A stretch of 64,000 nt of DNA, taken from assembly GCA_964641065.1 (NCBI GenBank), contig CAZXJZ010000005.1, positions 92-64,091 of the forward strand, given 5' to 3'. Source of the DNA: an uncultured Hyphomicrobiales bacterium (GTDB taxonomy: Bacteria; Pseudomonadota; Alphaproteobacteria; Rhizobiales; Xanthobacteraceae). The position numbers and the translations under genes were made by a program. Of the stretch, positions 30,700 to 41,249 are shown in pieces. Position 1 is the stretch's first letter, and the number at the start of each line of letters is the position of its first letter. The notes below the pieces were generated by a model. It had not been told where the DNA came from. It saw only the letters and a program-made list of their open reading frames with translations, and did not search any database.

Positions 30700-31353
30700 T
30701 CAGCGCATCGATATCTTGCGCGCGAAAAAGCCTTCGGCAAATCGCTCAGGCGCGCGGCACTCCATTCCCCGCAACCGGGCGAGGCCCTGGAAGGTATCGG
30801 CATCGAACCATTGCTTGGAGCGCTGGGTCGCGAAATGCTTGTCCAGCAGCTCGATCTTGCGCTGCAGGATTGCGGCCGGCATCGACACGAAAAGGTTCGG
30901 CTGCCCGAGATCGCCATCCCATTTCGGGATTTCGTATTCGAGGATGAAGTGATCGCGGAACGTGTTCCAGGTCAGCCGGCACACCTCGCGATGATCCTGA
31001 TGCGCATCGTCCTTGCGATGCGTGAAGATCAGATCGGGTGACACGCGCGCCTTGAGGTCTTCAAACCACGACTTGATGGCCTCACCCTGCTGGGGGAAAA
31101 AACCGTCGCGGAACGCAAGGGTCTGGATGCTCTGCCCAGCCGCGCCGGCAAGGAAGTCGGTCGCCGAGTTGCGCGCTTCCGCTTCACGATCGCCGGCGGC
31201 GCTCAGGACGCACCAATGCACGTCGAGCCGGATTCCGCGAGCAATCAGGCCGAGCAGGGTGCCGCCCAGTCCGATCTCGATATCGTCGGAATGGGCGCCC
31301 AGGCACAGAACGGACAAACGCTCACCGGGAGCGGGCAGATTGAGGGAGAGCAT
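30700..31353 (-). CDS. PIG-L/LmbE family de-N-acetylase
   Basis: GAHSDDIEIG and DAHQDH zinc-binding motifs. Confidence 0.92.
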   Translation of the reverse strand: MLSLNLPAPGERLSVLCLGAHSDDIEIGLGGTLLGLIARGIRLDVHWCVLSAAGDREAEARNSATDFLAGAAGQSIQTLAFRDGFFPQQGEAIKSWFEDLKARVSPDLIFTHRKDDAHQDHREVCRLTWNTFRDHFILEYEIPKWDGDLGQPNLFVSMPAAILQRKIELLDKHFATQRSKQWFDADTFQGLARLRGMECRAPERFAEGFFARKISMR

Positions 31354-31360
31354 GTGAGCG

Positions 31361-32170
31361 TCAGATCCGCCGGACCAGATTGCGTTCGCGCTGGTTCTCG
31401 CTTTCGGGCGCCCAGGGCATCTGGCCGTTCTCGACCATTTCCTCCAGCACCTGGCGGTCCCGCAGCGTGTCCATGGCGCGCCAGAACCCTTCGTATTTGA
31501 AGGCGACCAGGTTGTTGTCCTTGATCAACCGGTTGAAGGGTTGCAGCACCAGCTCTTCGCCATCCTGGATGTAGTCGAAGATCTCGTTGCGGAAGATGAA
31601 GTAGCCGCCGTTGATCCAGACTTCGGACTCGGTGTTCGCGCGAAGCCGCTTGACCAGGCCGCCTTCGTCGAATTCGGCGAGATGGAAGTTGAACGGCGGG
31701 CGGACCGCGATGAAGCAGGCGAGCTTACCGCTGGCCTTGAAGAAGTCGATCATCTCGGGCAATGGCGCGTCGGTGAGCCCGTCGCTGTAATTCGCCAGAA
31801 AGATCTCTTCGTCCTTGACGTGTTCCTTCACCGCAACCAGCCGCTGGCCGATGTTGCGCCACACGCCGGTGTCGATCATGGTCAGGCGCCAGTCCGGTTG
31901 CTGTTCGCCGAGGATCTCGATTTTCTTGCCGAATTGCGACACCACGCAATTGTGGGTGGCGGCGGAATCGAGGTGCAGGAAATAGTCCTTGATGACGTTG
32001 GCCTTGTAGCCGAGGCAGAGCACGAAATCGCGGTGCCCGTACCGGCTGTAATATTGCATGACGTGCCACATGATCGGGTGCGATCCGACCGGGATCATCG
32101 GCTTCGGAATGCTTTCGGAATATTCCCGAATGCGGGTTCCAAGGCCTCCGCAGAACAATACGACCTTCAT
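31361..32170 (-). CDS. rfbF: Glucose-1-phosphate cytidylyltransferase-like
   Basis: GGLGTRIRE..PKPMIPVG, CLGYKANVIKDYF, LANYSDG, INGGYF, GFWRAMDTLRD. Confidence 0.88.
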   Translation of the reverse strand: MKVVLFCGGLGTRIREYSESIPKPMIPVGSHPIMWHVMQYYSRYGHRDFVLCLGYKANVIKDYFLHLDSAATHNCVVSQFGKKIEILGEQQPDWRLTMIDTGVWRNIGQRLVAVKEHVKDEEIFLANYSDGLTDAPLPEMIDFFKASGKLACFIAVRPPFNFHLAEFDEGGLVKRLRANTESEVWINGGYFIFRNEIFDYIQDGEELVLQPFNRLIKDNNLVAFKYEGFWRAMDTLRDRQVLEEMVENGQMPWAPESENQRERNLVRRI

Positions 32171-32544
32171 CGGTGATCCGCCTGCTTTTGTCCCGGTGGC
32201 GATGAGTAACGCGTTGTTGAACTCACGCCGCTGCGCCGGGTTTTCTCTTTGTCATCTCGCACCACAATCTCTGCGCAAGCGTCGGTGCGGAATCAAGTGT
32301 TGCACGCATCGTAGTCGCAGGATGTGAGCGTTAGCGTAAACAGCAATAACGACCGGTGTTTTCAGCGCCTCGTTGATCGAGCGCGTTTATCGTAGATCGG
32401 TGCGCACCACAAAAGAGCAAGTCCGAGAAGCGCGTTGAAGCATCGATAAAATTGCAACGTCCTGCTTAAGGTTAACGTGCGGCTGTCCAGCCGCTTCGCG
32501 CGCCGCGTGATAGCAGATCATCAGATATCGACGAGGAGGCCAGC

Positions 32545-33123
32545 GTGATCTTCACGGAAACCAAGCTGAAGGGCGCATACATTATCGAGCTCGAACGGCG
32601 CGAGGATTCGCGCGGATTTTTCGCGCGCGGGTTCTGCCAGAACGAGTTCAGGGCGCACGGATTGAAGCCGACCGTGGCCCAGGGCAACATTGCCTCGAAT
32701 ATCAAGGCCGGTACGCTTCGCGGCATGCATTTTCAGTATCCGCCCGCGGCGGAGAGCAAGCTCGTTCGCTGCACGCGCGGCGCGATCTACGACATCATCG
32801 TCGACCTCAGACCGGAAAGCTCGACCTATCTCCAGCATATCGGCGTCGAGCTGAACGAGGACAATCAGCGCGCGCTCTATGTGCCGGAGCGTTTCGCGCA
32901 CGGCTATCAGACCCTGACCGACAAGACCGACACCAGCTATCTGGTCGGCGAATTTTATACGCCGGATGCGGAGGGCGGGCTGCTCTATGACGATCCGAGC
33001 CTGAAACTGAACTGGCCGCTGCCGGTAAGCGTGATCTCCGAGAAGGACCAGAAATTCCCGCTCTATCGCGAGATCGAGGGTGAACTGAAGCGCAAGATGA
33101 GCCGCGTGCTCGAACCGGCATGA
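32545..33123 (+). CDS. rfbC: NDP-4-keto-sugar 3,5-epimerase (RmlC/RfbC cupin)
   Basis: DSRGFFAR, GTLRGMHFQ, KLVRCTRGAIYDIIVDLRPES, HGYQTL, ISEKD. Confidence 0.93.
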   Translation: MIFTETKLKGAYIIELERREDSRGFFARGFCQNEFRAHGLKPTVAQGNIASNIKAGTLRGMHFQYPPAAESKLVRCTRGAIYDIIVDLRPESSTYLQHIGVELNEDNQRALYVPERFAHGYQTLTDKTDTSYLVGEFYTPDAEGGLLYDDPSLKLNWPLPVSVISEKDQKFPLYREIEGELKRKMSRVLEPA

Positions 33124-33168
33124 GCCGGGACGGATCGATCACAGGCCTGTGCTGACAAGGGATATGAC

Positions 33169-34494
33169 ATGATACTCGTCGATGACGCTCTCCAGGCCCG
33201 CGAGGCCGCCGGCAATCCGATCCGCGTTGGCGTGGTTGGCGCTGGCTTCATGTGCCAGGGCCTGACCAATCAGATCGCGCATAGCGTTGCGGGGATGCAG
33301 GTCGTCGCGATCTCGAACCGGAAGGTCGAGCGCGCCGCCGGCGTGTTCAAGTATTCCGGCTATCAGGACGTCGCATTCGCCGATACACAGCGCGCGCTTG
33401 ACGACGCGATTGCGTGCGGGCGGCCGGTGGTCACCGAGGATGCGTTCCTGCTTGCACGATCCGGCCTGGTCGATGTTCTGGTCGACGCCACCGGCTCGGT
33501 CGAGTTCGGCGCCCGGGTGACGCTTGAAGCGTTCAAGCACGGCAAGGACGTCGTGCTGTTGAATGCGGAGATCGACGCCACGATCGGTCCCATTCTCCAG
33601 ACCTATGCGGCAAAGCACGGCGTCATCCTGTCGGCCTGCGACGGCGACGAGCCGGGCGCGCAGATGAACCTGTATCGCTGGGTGAAGGGTCTCGGCCTGA
33701 CGCCGCGGGTGATCGGCAACGTCAAGGGGCTGCAGGATCCTTATCGCAATCCGACCACGCAACAGGGCTTCGCCGAGAAGTGGGGCCAGAATCCGGCGAT
33801 GGTCACGAGCTTTGCCGATGGCTCCAAGATCAGCTTCGAACAGGCGATCGTGGCGAATGCGACCGGCTTCAAGGTGCGGTCGCGCGGCATGTCGCGCGGG
33901 CTGGAATATCGCGGCGACGTCATGCAGATCGGCCAGCTCTACGAAATCGACGAGTGCCGTCGGCTCGGTGGCATCATCGATTACGTGGTCGGTACGCCGC
34001 TGACCAAGGTCTATGTGCTGGCGGAACACACCGATCCGAAGCAGCAGCACTATCTCAATCTCTACAAGATGGGCGAGGGGCCGCTCTATTCCTTCTTCGT
34101 TCCGTATCATCTGGTTCATTTCGAAGTGCCGAACGCGATCGCCCGCGTCGCGCTGTTCCGCGATCCGGTCGCCAAGCCGCTCGGCGGTCCGGTGGTGGAG
34201 GTCTGTGCGGTTGCCAAGCGCGATCTGAAGGCCGGCGAAGTTCTCGACGATTACGGCATGTACATGACCTATGGCGAAGCCGTGAATGCCGAGGAGATGT
34301 GCGAGCAGCGCTACCTGCCGGAAGGATTGGTCGAAGGCTGCAAGCTGGTTCGCGACATCAGCAAGGACGGCGTGATCCGGTATGACGATGTGGTGCTGCC
34401 GCAGGGCCGCCTGTCGGATCGTCTGCGCGCCGAACAATACCGCCATTTCCGCGGAGCGACCTGGCTGGAAGACGCCCTGAAAGTCGCCGCCTGA
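33169..34494 (+). CDS. NAD(P)-dependent oxidoreductase with C-terminal SAF domain (homoserine-dehydrogenase-like, uncharacterised)
   Basis: VGVVGAGFM Rossmann motif, DGDEPG, SFADGSK, SAF-type AVAKRDLKAGEVLD...LVRDISKDGVIRYDDV. Confidence 0.8.
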   Translation: MILVDDALQAREAAGNPIRVGVVGAGFMCQGLTNQIAHSVAGMQVVAISNRKVERAAGVFKYSGYQDVAFADTQRALDDAIACGRPVVTEDAFLLARSGLVDVLVDATGSVEFGARVTLEAFKHGKDVVLLNAEIDATIGPILQTYAAKHGVILSACDGDEPGAQMNLYRWVKGLGLTPRVIGNVKGLQDPYRNPTTQQGFAEKWGQNPAMVTSFADGSKISFEQAIVANATGFKVRSRGMSRGLEYRGDVMQIGQLYEIDECRRLGGIIDYVVGTPLTKVYVLAEHTDPKQQHYLNLYKMGEGPLYSFFVPYHLVHFEVPNAIARVALFRDPVAKPLGGPVVEVCAVAKRDLKAGEVLDDYGMYMTYGEAVNAEEMCEQRYLPEGLVEGCKLVRDISKDGVIRYDDVVLPQGRLSDRLRAEQYRHFRGATWLEDALKVAA

Positions 34495-34713
34495 TCACTG
34501 CCCAAGTCAGCGAAGCCGCCGGCATCTCCATCTGAGATCCGGCGGGCCTTCGATCGTGCGCGGTGTTACAAGCTTTTTGGTTCAGGGCGGCTGGCGTGGC
34601 CAGCAATTGCGGTAGCGCTCATGCACCGCAGATGAGGCACTTAAGGCTGCGTGCAGGAAGAGACGTCGGAAGACAGTCAGGCCGCGCGTGTTTACGCGCG
34701 GCCGCGCCGTCTG

Positions 34714-35760
34714 TCAGGCGGCGACGAGCTGGGTATGGCGGAGGCGGGAGTCGAGAACGCCGTCCGACAGCAGCATCTTGATATGGCTGATGCGCTGATA
34801 GCGCGGCCCCTCGAAATCCTCCAGCGTCAGGCGCGCCTCGCGATAGGCCCTGTAGAGCTGTTCGGCGCCCCGTTGCGCGTCCCATTGCGGCTTGAACGCA
34901 GGCAGCTTGCGTCGGATCTTGTCGAAGTTCACGCGATAGGAACGCTTGTCCGGGCCGGCATCGTCGGCAAATGCAAGCTTGCATCCGGGCACGGTCCTGG
35001 CGACGATTTCCGCGAGGTCGCGGATGCGGTAATTGTGTTCGGTCTGGCCGACATTGAAGGCTTCGTTGAAAACGGCGTCTTCCGGGGCCTCGAGCGCGGC
35101 GATGAAGGCGCGTGAAATGTCCTCGATATGAACAATCGGGCGCCAGGGCGTGCCGTCCGATTTCAGGAAGATGTTTCCCGTGGTGAGAGCGAAGGCCACA
35201 AGATTGTTCAGGACGATGTCGAACCGAAGCCGCGGCGAAACGCCATAAGCGGTGGCCGGGCGCAGGTAGACCGGGCAGAAGCCGTCACCCGCCAGCCTCG
35301 ATATGCCCCGTTCGGACATCACCTTGGATTCGCCGTACGCGGTGACCGGGTTGAGAGGGGCGGTTTCGTCGATCATCGTATCCCCGGCCTGGCCATAATT
35401 GCTGCACGAGGATGCAAACAGGAAGCGCCGGACCCCGGCGCTTTTCGCCAGCTCAGCGAGCCGAACGCTCGCGCGGTGATTGATATCGTCTGTCAGGCCG
35501 GGCTGCAGGTCGCCGAGGGGATCGTTCGAGAGCGCTGCCAGATGCACGACTGCGTCGATGCCCGCCAGATCGCTGGCCGTGATGTCTCGCGTGTCTTTGC
35601 GGATCGCGGGAACCTTCACGATATCGCCACCGTTCGCGAACGTGCATCGCGAATATAGATCGCTGTCCAGGCCAACGACGTCATGTCCGGCCTTGATCAG
35701 CATCGGCGTCATGACGGTGCCGATGTATCCCATATGGCCGGTAAGAAGAACGCGCATCAT
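34714..35760 (-). CDS. Extended SDR, NDP-sugar epimerase/reductase
   Basis: [45 protein letters not shown]. Confidence 0.92.
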   Translation of the reverse strand: MMRVLLTGHMGYIGTVMTPMLIKAGHDVVGLDSDLYSRCTFANGGDIVKVPAIRKDTRDITASDLAGIDAVVHLAALSNDPLGDLQPGLTDDINHRASVRLAELAKSAGVRRFLFASSCSNYGQAGDTMIDETAPLNPVTAYGESKVMSERGISRLAGDGFCPVYLRPATAYGVSPRLRFDIVLNNLVAFALTTGNIFLKSDGTPWRPIVHIEDISRAFIAALEAPEDAVFNEAFNVGQTEHNYRIRDLAEIVARTVPGCKLAFADDAGPDKRSYRVNFDKIRRKLPAFKPQWDAQRGAEQLYRAYREARLTLEDFEGPRYQRISHIKMLLSDGVLDSRLRHTQLVAA

Positions 35761-36158
35761 TCACTCCATATACTAAGCTCGGGGCCATTCTTCATGCAGC
35801 GTCCGCGCGACAATCGTGCTGCGGGAGGACGCCATGCGGCCATCGTCGTCGCGAAGCGACGTCTCGGATCGGCGGAGGGGAGCGCAATTCGCGCCAGTCA
35901 GTCAACGATGCCGGTCAATTAAGACTAACGTGACGTCGTAGCGGCTGTGTGAAGCAAAGCCCTGCGCGCACTTATCCATGAAGATCGTTGTCGGCACGAG
36001 CGGCGCGGCCCCGTATCCATGCTTGCCCGACCGCGCGACCGTTTAGGTTAATGCGCATTTGGCGGCGCGGCGGAAGTTTCGCCCCACATTGAGCGGCATT
36101 GTCATGCGATAGATCGGGCGAACGCCCACCCGGGCCCTGTTGCTGGACAGCTCAGTAG

Positions 36159-37589
36159 ATGATCAACGTCGGCCGGCCCCCGATCGTTACCGGATATGGT
36201 CACGAGCACGTGACAGGCTCGCGGCCGGCCATGTCGCCGGCCTCGGCAATCATGCTCTTCGTGGCGATGTTTTTCTTGCTTCCGGGCAGCCTTCTTCCAT
36301 CCATTGGATGGCACTATTTTGGCGGCGGACCGGAATTCCAGAAGCTCCATCCGGCGACTTACCTGCTGGTGGCCGTGTTTCCGCTGGCGCTGATTGTCGA
36401 TGGTGCTTTTCGTCGGCGCTGCATGGTTCAGCTGACCACGGATTACGCCTTCGTTGCGTTCGGAATTGCCGCACTGGCGACGTCGCTGTTCGCAATCGTC
36501 GCGCGGGGTGCATCGGCCGCGAATTTGATCGAGACATTTGCCTTGGCCCTGATCGTGAGGTTGTCCATCGTGGCGATGCCACGCGGGCCGATGATCTGGT
36601 TCCGGCGATTTATCGATCTGCTCTTCATTGTCGGGGTCGTGACGGTCCTTGGCGAATTTGTCCTTCGTCGCAGCATCATTTTCGAGAACGTGGCATTCTA
36701 CGATCCCATCACCCAGCAGATCGTGACCACTGAATTCCGCGCCGCCGGCATTTTCGGTCACCCGCTTGCCGCAGCCGGGTTCTTCGCCTTGTACGCCATC
36801 CTGAATCTCGTATCGACGCCGATGCGGCTGACAATCGGGTGTATGACCAGACTGCTGCTATCCGCCCTTGCATTTCTGGCGATCTTCCCGACCGGCGGTC
36901 GCTCCGGACTCCTGGTCGGTGGGCTGATCATGGCTGCGTTTGTCGCATTGGCGGCCTTTCGCAGCCTGGCAAGAGGATCTTTCAGCAAGGCAGGACTTGT
37001 CTGGTTCGTCCTGTTCCTGACCTGCGTGATCCTGATGCTGCCGGTCATGTATCATTTCGATGTTTTCGATACCATGCTCGCGCGCTTCGCGAGAGACGAC
37101 GGCAGTACGTTGAGCCGCGAATATGCGTTGCAAATCTTGCTGGAGTCGCGCCCCGAAGATCTCTGGTTTGGAATGCCGTTGGCGGATGTTGTGAACCTGC
37201 AGAGGCAATTCGGGCTGGTTGCGATCGAGAATGGCTGGATCAATTTCGCACTGATCTGCGGCCTCGTATTCACGATCCCGCTGCTGGTCAGCTATCTCCT
37301 GTTTATGTTCAAATCCAACCCGCGCTATTGCACCTCCGGCATCTACTACGTCGCTCTGCTTCAGCTTATTCTGTCAAACGCGACCAATGATCTGTGGGCG
37401 AAGAATACCGCCTTTGCCACCGGCCTCGCGGTCATTTTCGCGTTCCTGCGAAAAGATCTGGCCGTTCCGCAGGAGGAGCGGCGCGCGTATGCACTTCGCA
37501 AGGCTCCGATCGGTCGACACGCGGTGTCTCGCCACTCGGCGCGGATGATCGGCCATCCTGCCGGCGCGCAGCGGTTCGGAGAGCGATGA
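36159..37589 (+). CDS. Multi-TM polysaccharide polymerase (Wzy / VpsF-family-like)
   Basis: About 11 TMs; KLHPATYL, RAAGIFGHPLAAA, TGGRSGL, IENGWI motifs of O-antigen polymerase/ligase type; sits among GTs. Confidence 0.75.
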   Translation: MINVGRPPIVTGYGHEHVTGSRPAMSPASAIMLFVAMFFLLPGSLLPSIGWHYFGGGPEFQKLHPATYLLVAVFPLALIVDGAFRRRCMVQLTTDYAFVAFGIAALATSLFAIVARGASAANLIETFALALIVRLSIVAMPRGPMIWFRRFIDLLFIVGVVTVLGEFVLRRSIIFENVAFYDPITQQIVTTEFRAAGIFGHPLAAAGFFALYAILNLVSTPMRLTIGCMTRLLLSALAFLAIFPTGGRSGLLVGGLIMAAFVALAAFRSLARGSFSKAGLVWFVLFLTCVILMLPVMYHFDVFDTMLARFARDDGSTLSREYALQILLESRPEDLWFGMPLADVVNLQRQFGLVAIENGWINFALICGLVFTIPLLVSYLLFMFKSNPRYCTSGIYYVALLQLILSNATNDLWAKNTAFATGLAVIFAFLRKDLAVPQEERRAYALRKAPIGRHAVSRHSARMIGHPAGAQRFGER

Positions 37590-38662
37590 TGCAGCCGGTC
37601 TCGATTGCGGCGGAGTCGGCCGCAAACCCGATGATTACGATTGCGATCCCAACGTTCAATCGTGCGTCATGGCTCGGCGATTGCGTGCGCTCCGCACTCT
37701 CGCAGTCCTACCGGAATATCGAAGTGCTGGTGTCGGACAATGCGTCGACCGACGACACGCAGAGCGTTCTGAGGGAGTTTAGCGATCCGCGGCTGCGAGC
37801 GATCGCTCACCCGACCAATATCGGGCTGATGCCGAACTGGAATGCCTGTCTGATGGCCGCGAAGGGCGAACTTATCGTCTTCCTTCCCGACGACGATCGA
37901 ATGTCGCCATGGATGCTTGAGAGCTGTGTCAATCTGCTGAAGCAGGAGCCCGGGCTTGTGGCGGTTGTCGCGTTAAGCGATGTCCGGCTGACCGAGGAAC
38001 GCAGAACGCTGCCCGCTATCGCCAGCCGGTCGCTCGATACGGGCATTCACGAGGGTGTCGAGATCTTCCTCGAGTATCTGAGGGGGCATTTGTCCGTCCA
38101 GCTCTGCGGCATCGTGATGCGCACGGATGCGCTCCGCAAGGACGGCGGGTTCGTCAACGATTGGCCCTATGCGGGCGACACCGCCATGTGGGGCCAGCTG
38201 CTGATGTCCGGCCGGGCGGGGCTGGTCAACACGAGTTGCGGGACCTTCGCGTGGCACAGCGAGAATGCAACGTCGCATTTCTCGATCGATCTGCGGCTTG
38301 ATGCCGATCGTCAGTTTGTCGATACGATTGACGCCGCGGCGGAGCGATATGTTCACGACCCGAAGGTGCGGGCCAGGGTCATGCGGCAGGCGCGCCGTTA
38401 TGTGGCGCGCGACGTGGTCGCCATTCTTGCGTCTTACCGCAAGAATGGTGCTTCGCTGAAGTCTGTGTTGCCTGTGATCTGGCGATGCAGGAGTGAGCTC
38501 GCATATCTCGGCCTGGAGCCGGGCGCCATCGGTAACCTGGCAAGACCGGCCGCAATTATCCTGTTTCCACGTTTCGTCACGAACTGGATCGGGCAAATCA
38601 ACCACGCGCTGCGATCATGGAAGCGCCCCGCGGTCTCAAGCTACCGGGGCACCAATGCGTGA
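37586..38662 (+). CDS. Glycosyltransferase family 2
   Basis: TIAIPTFNR, VSDNASTDDT, NIGLMPNWN, LPDDD; ATG 37586 overlaps the preceding stop. Confidence 0.92.
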   Translation: MMQPVSIAAESAANPMITIAIPTFNRASWLGDCVRSALSQSYRNIEVLVSDNASTDDTQSVLREFSDPRLRAIAHPTNIGLMPNWNACLMAAKGELIVFLPDDDRMSPWMLESCVNLLKQEPGLVAVVALSDVRLTEERRTLPAIASRSLDTGIHEGVEIFLEYLRGHLSVQLCGIVMRTDALRKDGGFVNDWPYAGDTAMWGQLLMSGRAGLVNTSCGTFAWHSENATSHFSIDLRLDADRQFVDTIDAAAERYVHDPKVRARVMRQARRYVARDVVAILASYRKNGASLKSVLPVIWRCRSELAYLGLEPGAIGNLARPAAIILFPRFVTNWIGQINHALRSWKRPAVSSYRGTNA

Positions 38663-39653
38663 TTGGTCGATCTCGGTTGTCATCAACAACTACAATTACG
38701 CCGAGTATGTCGGGGCGGCGATCGAGTCCGTGCTCGGACAGGTCGGCGTCGAAGTGGAATGCATCGTCGTCGATGACGGGTCGACGGACGGATCGCGATC
38801 CGTCATCGAGTCCTATCCGGGCGTCAAACGCGTCTACAAAAGCAATGGCGGTCAATTGTCTGCCCTGCAGGCGGGCTTCGCGCAGGCGAGCGGAGACATT
38901 GTCGTCTATCTGGACTCCGACGATTTCCTCGCACTCGATGCGTGTCACGAAATCACGCAGGCGTGGCGCGCGGAGTTATCGCTTCTGCAATATGGCCTCG
39001 AGATCATCGACGGCGCAGGCAGGACGATCGGTTCCTATCCCAACCAGAAATTTGTAGCCCATGGTCATCTGGGCTTCCTGTTGCGCTATGGATACATCCC
39101 GTCTTCCCCGATGTCGGGAAATGCGTTCTCGCGAGCGTATCTCGCCAGCTTGTTCTCGGTGCCTGCGCCCAGCGATCACATGGCCGCTGACGGATACCTT
39201 GTGTATTGCGCACCGCTCTACGGCCAGGTCGGACAGATCGACCGGAACCTGGGATACTATCGTGTCCATGGGCGGAACGCGTCCCCGTCCGCAAGCGTCA
39301 ACGCTCAGTCTCTTCAGCGTCAGCTTTTGAATGACATCAAGTTTCGGGAGGGGCTGGTTCGCAACATGGCTCGCTTCGGACTGAACACGGATGCGCCTTT
39401 GCAATATCTCGGGCCTTATGACTTCCGGACGATCCTGCTCCTGAACAGGGGCTATCGCGACATTACGAAAGTAGGCGACATCGGATTCCCGTTCGCTGCC
39501 GCGCAGGCGATCAAGAAGTTCATCACTTATCCCGGCATTCCCCTCTGGAAGCGCGCGAAGAATATCCTGGCGGTGGTTGCAATTGCAGGGCTTCCGCCGG
39601 CCATGGTTCGCCGCTTCCTGCCCGGCAAGCCCGCCGGTTCGGCGGGGCTTTGA
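38655..39653 (+). CDS. Glycosyltransferase family 2
   Basis: SVVINNYNY, VVDDGSTDGS, NGGQLSA, LDSDD, YRVHGRN. Confidence 0.93.
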   Translation: MRDWSISVVINNYNYAEYVGAAIESVLGQVGVEVECIVVDDGSTDGSRSVIESYPGVKRVYKSNGGQLSALQAGFAQASGDIVVYLDSDDFLALDACHEITQAWRAELSLLQYGLEIIDGAGRTIGSYPNQKFVAHGHLGFLLRYGYIPSSPMSGNAFSRAYLASLFSVPAPSDHMAADGYLVYCAPLYGQVGQIDRNLGYYRVHGRNASPSASVNAQSLQRQLLNDIKFREGLVRNMARFGLNTDAPLQYLGPYDFRTILLLNRGYRDITKVGDIGFPFAAAQAIKKFITYPGIPLWKRAKNILAVVAIAGLPPAMVRRFLPGKPAGSAGL

Positions 39654-39665
39654 GGCGGGATCGTC

Positions 39666-41147
39666 ATGGATAATTTGAAAGGGCGGACACTTCGCGGAGG
39701 CCTTGCCAAGGTTTGCGGCCAGGGCGCGAACTTTGCTTTGCGTTTCGCCTACCTCATGATCCTCGCCCGGCTGCTGACACCGGAAGACTTTGGTCTTGTT
39801 GCCATGGTCACCGTGGTGACGGGTGTGTTTGAGCTTTTTACGTCTGCCGGGTTGTCGTCCGCGATGGTTCAGCAGGCGACGATCACCAACCAGCAGATTT
39901 CCAAATTGTTCTGGGTCAACCTGCTGGTTGGCGCCTTGCTCGCGCTTCTGTGCGTCGCAACAGCGCCGTTGCTCGTGCGCTTTTTCCATGAACCACGGTT
40001 GTTGTGGGTCACGATCGCGATGGCCCCCGCCTTCCTGTTCGGTGCGGCTGGGGTTCAGCACATGGCGATCCTGCAGCGCCAGTTGCGCTATGTCACCATC
40101 ACGGTGATCGAGATCGTTGCATTGCTGTCCAGCATCGCCGTCGGAATCGGGATGGCGCTCACCGGATTCGGCTATTGGGCGATCGTGGGTGCAGCCGTCA
40201 CCGTGCAGGCGGTGTCGACCATCTGTGCCGTCGCGGTCACCAGGTGGATCCCCGGCCGCTTCGACGCGTCGACGAGTATCGGTTCGATGTTGCGCTACGG
40301 CGGGACGGTGACCCTGAGCGGCGTGGTCGTCTATATCGCCTACAATCTCGATAAGGTGCTGCTCGGCCGGGTGTGGGGCGTCGAAGCACTCGGCGTCTAC
40401 GGAAGGGCCTATCAGCTCATCAATATCCCGATCTCAAATCTGAACGTGGCGGTAGGCGGGGTCGCCTTTTCCGCGCTGTCGCGGCTTCAGGATGATCCGG
40501 TTCGCTTCAAGGCCTATTTCCTCAAGGGTTATTCGCTGGTCGTGTCGATGACGATTCCGGTCACGATCTTCTGCGGCGTATTCGCTGACGAGATTGTGAC
40601 GGTCGTGCTGGGGCGACAATGGAGTGAAGCGGCGCCGATTTTCCGCCTGATGTCTCCGACCATCCTGATATTCGCGATGATCAATCCGCTGTCGTGGGTG
40701 CTGTTCTCGGTTGGATTGCAGCGCAGGAGTTTGAAGATCTCCCTGACGATGACGCCGCTGCTGGTGGTCGCATATCTGATCGGCCTGCCTTACGGCGCGA
40801 ATGGCGTCGCGGCCGCGTATTCCGCGGTAATGGCGCTCTGGCTTGTCCCGCATATCGCGTGGTGTCTGCACGGCACGTCGATCTCACTGAAGGAGCTGTT
40901 CTCAGCCATCAGTCGCCCGCTGCTGTCAGGGCTCATCGCTGCCGGCGCAGCGATCGGGATCGGTCTTTACGTTAACGACGCTTACGCGCTGTCGCCGCTG
41001 ATGAGGCTGTGCCTCGGCGGTGGCGCGATGGCCGTGATCTACGCTGTCGTTCTGCTGTTTATCTTAAGACAGAAAGACCTCTATCTGGATGTGCTTCGTG
41101 GCTTGAAACAACCGTCAAGTGCTAATACCTACGGATCTCTACTGTAG
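39666..41147 (+). CDS. wzx: Wzx flippase (WzxC-like)
   Basis: LARLLTPEDFGLVAM, 12+ TMs, NLDKVLLGR..G..ALGVYGRAY. Confidence 0.93.
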   Translation: MDNLKGRTLRGGLAKVCGQGANFALRFAYLMILARLLTPEDFGLVAMVTVVTGVFELFTSAGLSSAMVQQATITNQQISKLFWVNLLVGALLALLCVATAPLLVRFFHEPRLLWVTIAMAPAFLFGAAGVQHMAILQRQLRYVTITVIEIVALLSSIAVGIGMALTGFGYWAIVGAAVTVQAVSTICAVAVTRWIPGRFDASTSIGSMLRYGGTVTLSGVVVYIAYNLDKVLLGRVWGVEALGVYGRAYQLINIPISNLNVAVGGVAFSALSRLQDDPVRFKAYFLKGYSLVVSMTIPVTIFCGVFADEIVTVVLGRQWSEAAPIFRLMSPTILIFAMINPLSWVLFSVGLQRRSLKISLTMTPLLVVAYLIGLPYGANGVAAAYSAVMALWLVPHIAWCLHGTSISLKELFSAISRPLLSGLIAAGAAIGIGLYVNDAYALSPLMRLCLGGGAMAVIYAVVLLFILRQKDLYLDVLRGLKQPSSANTYGSLL

Positions 41148-41165
41148 TTTTCTCTACTGTAGTTT
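41136..41165. repeat. Exact 15-bp tandem duplication over the wzx stop codon
   Basis: TCTCTACTGTAGTTT x2. Confidence 0.9.
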
Positions 41166-41249
41166 TGAGCGCGGGGCGGCGAAACGAAAGCTGGCCATCC
41201 GAGATCTCCCTGACGGAGCGTCTCTGATCTGGCCGACACTGGGACGTTA

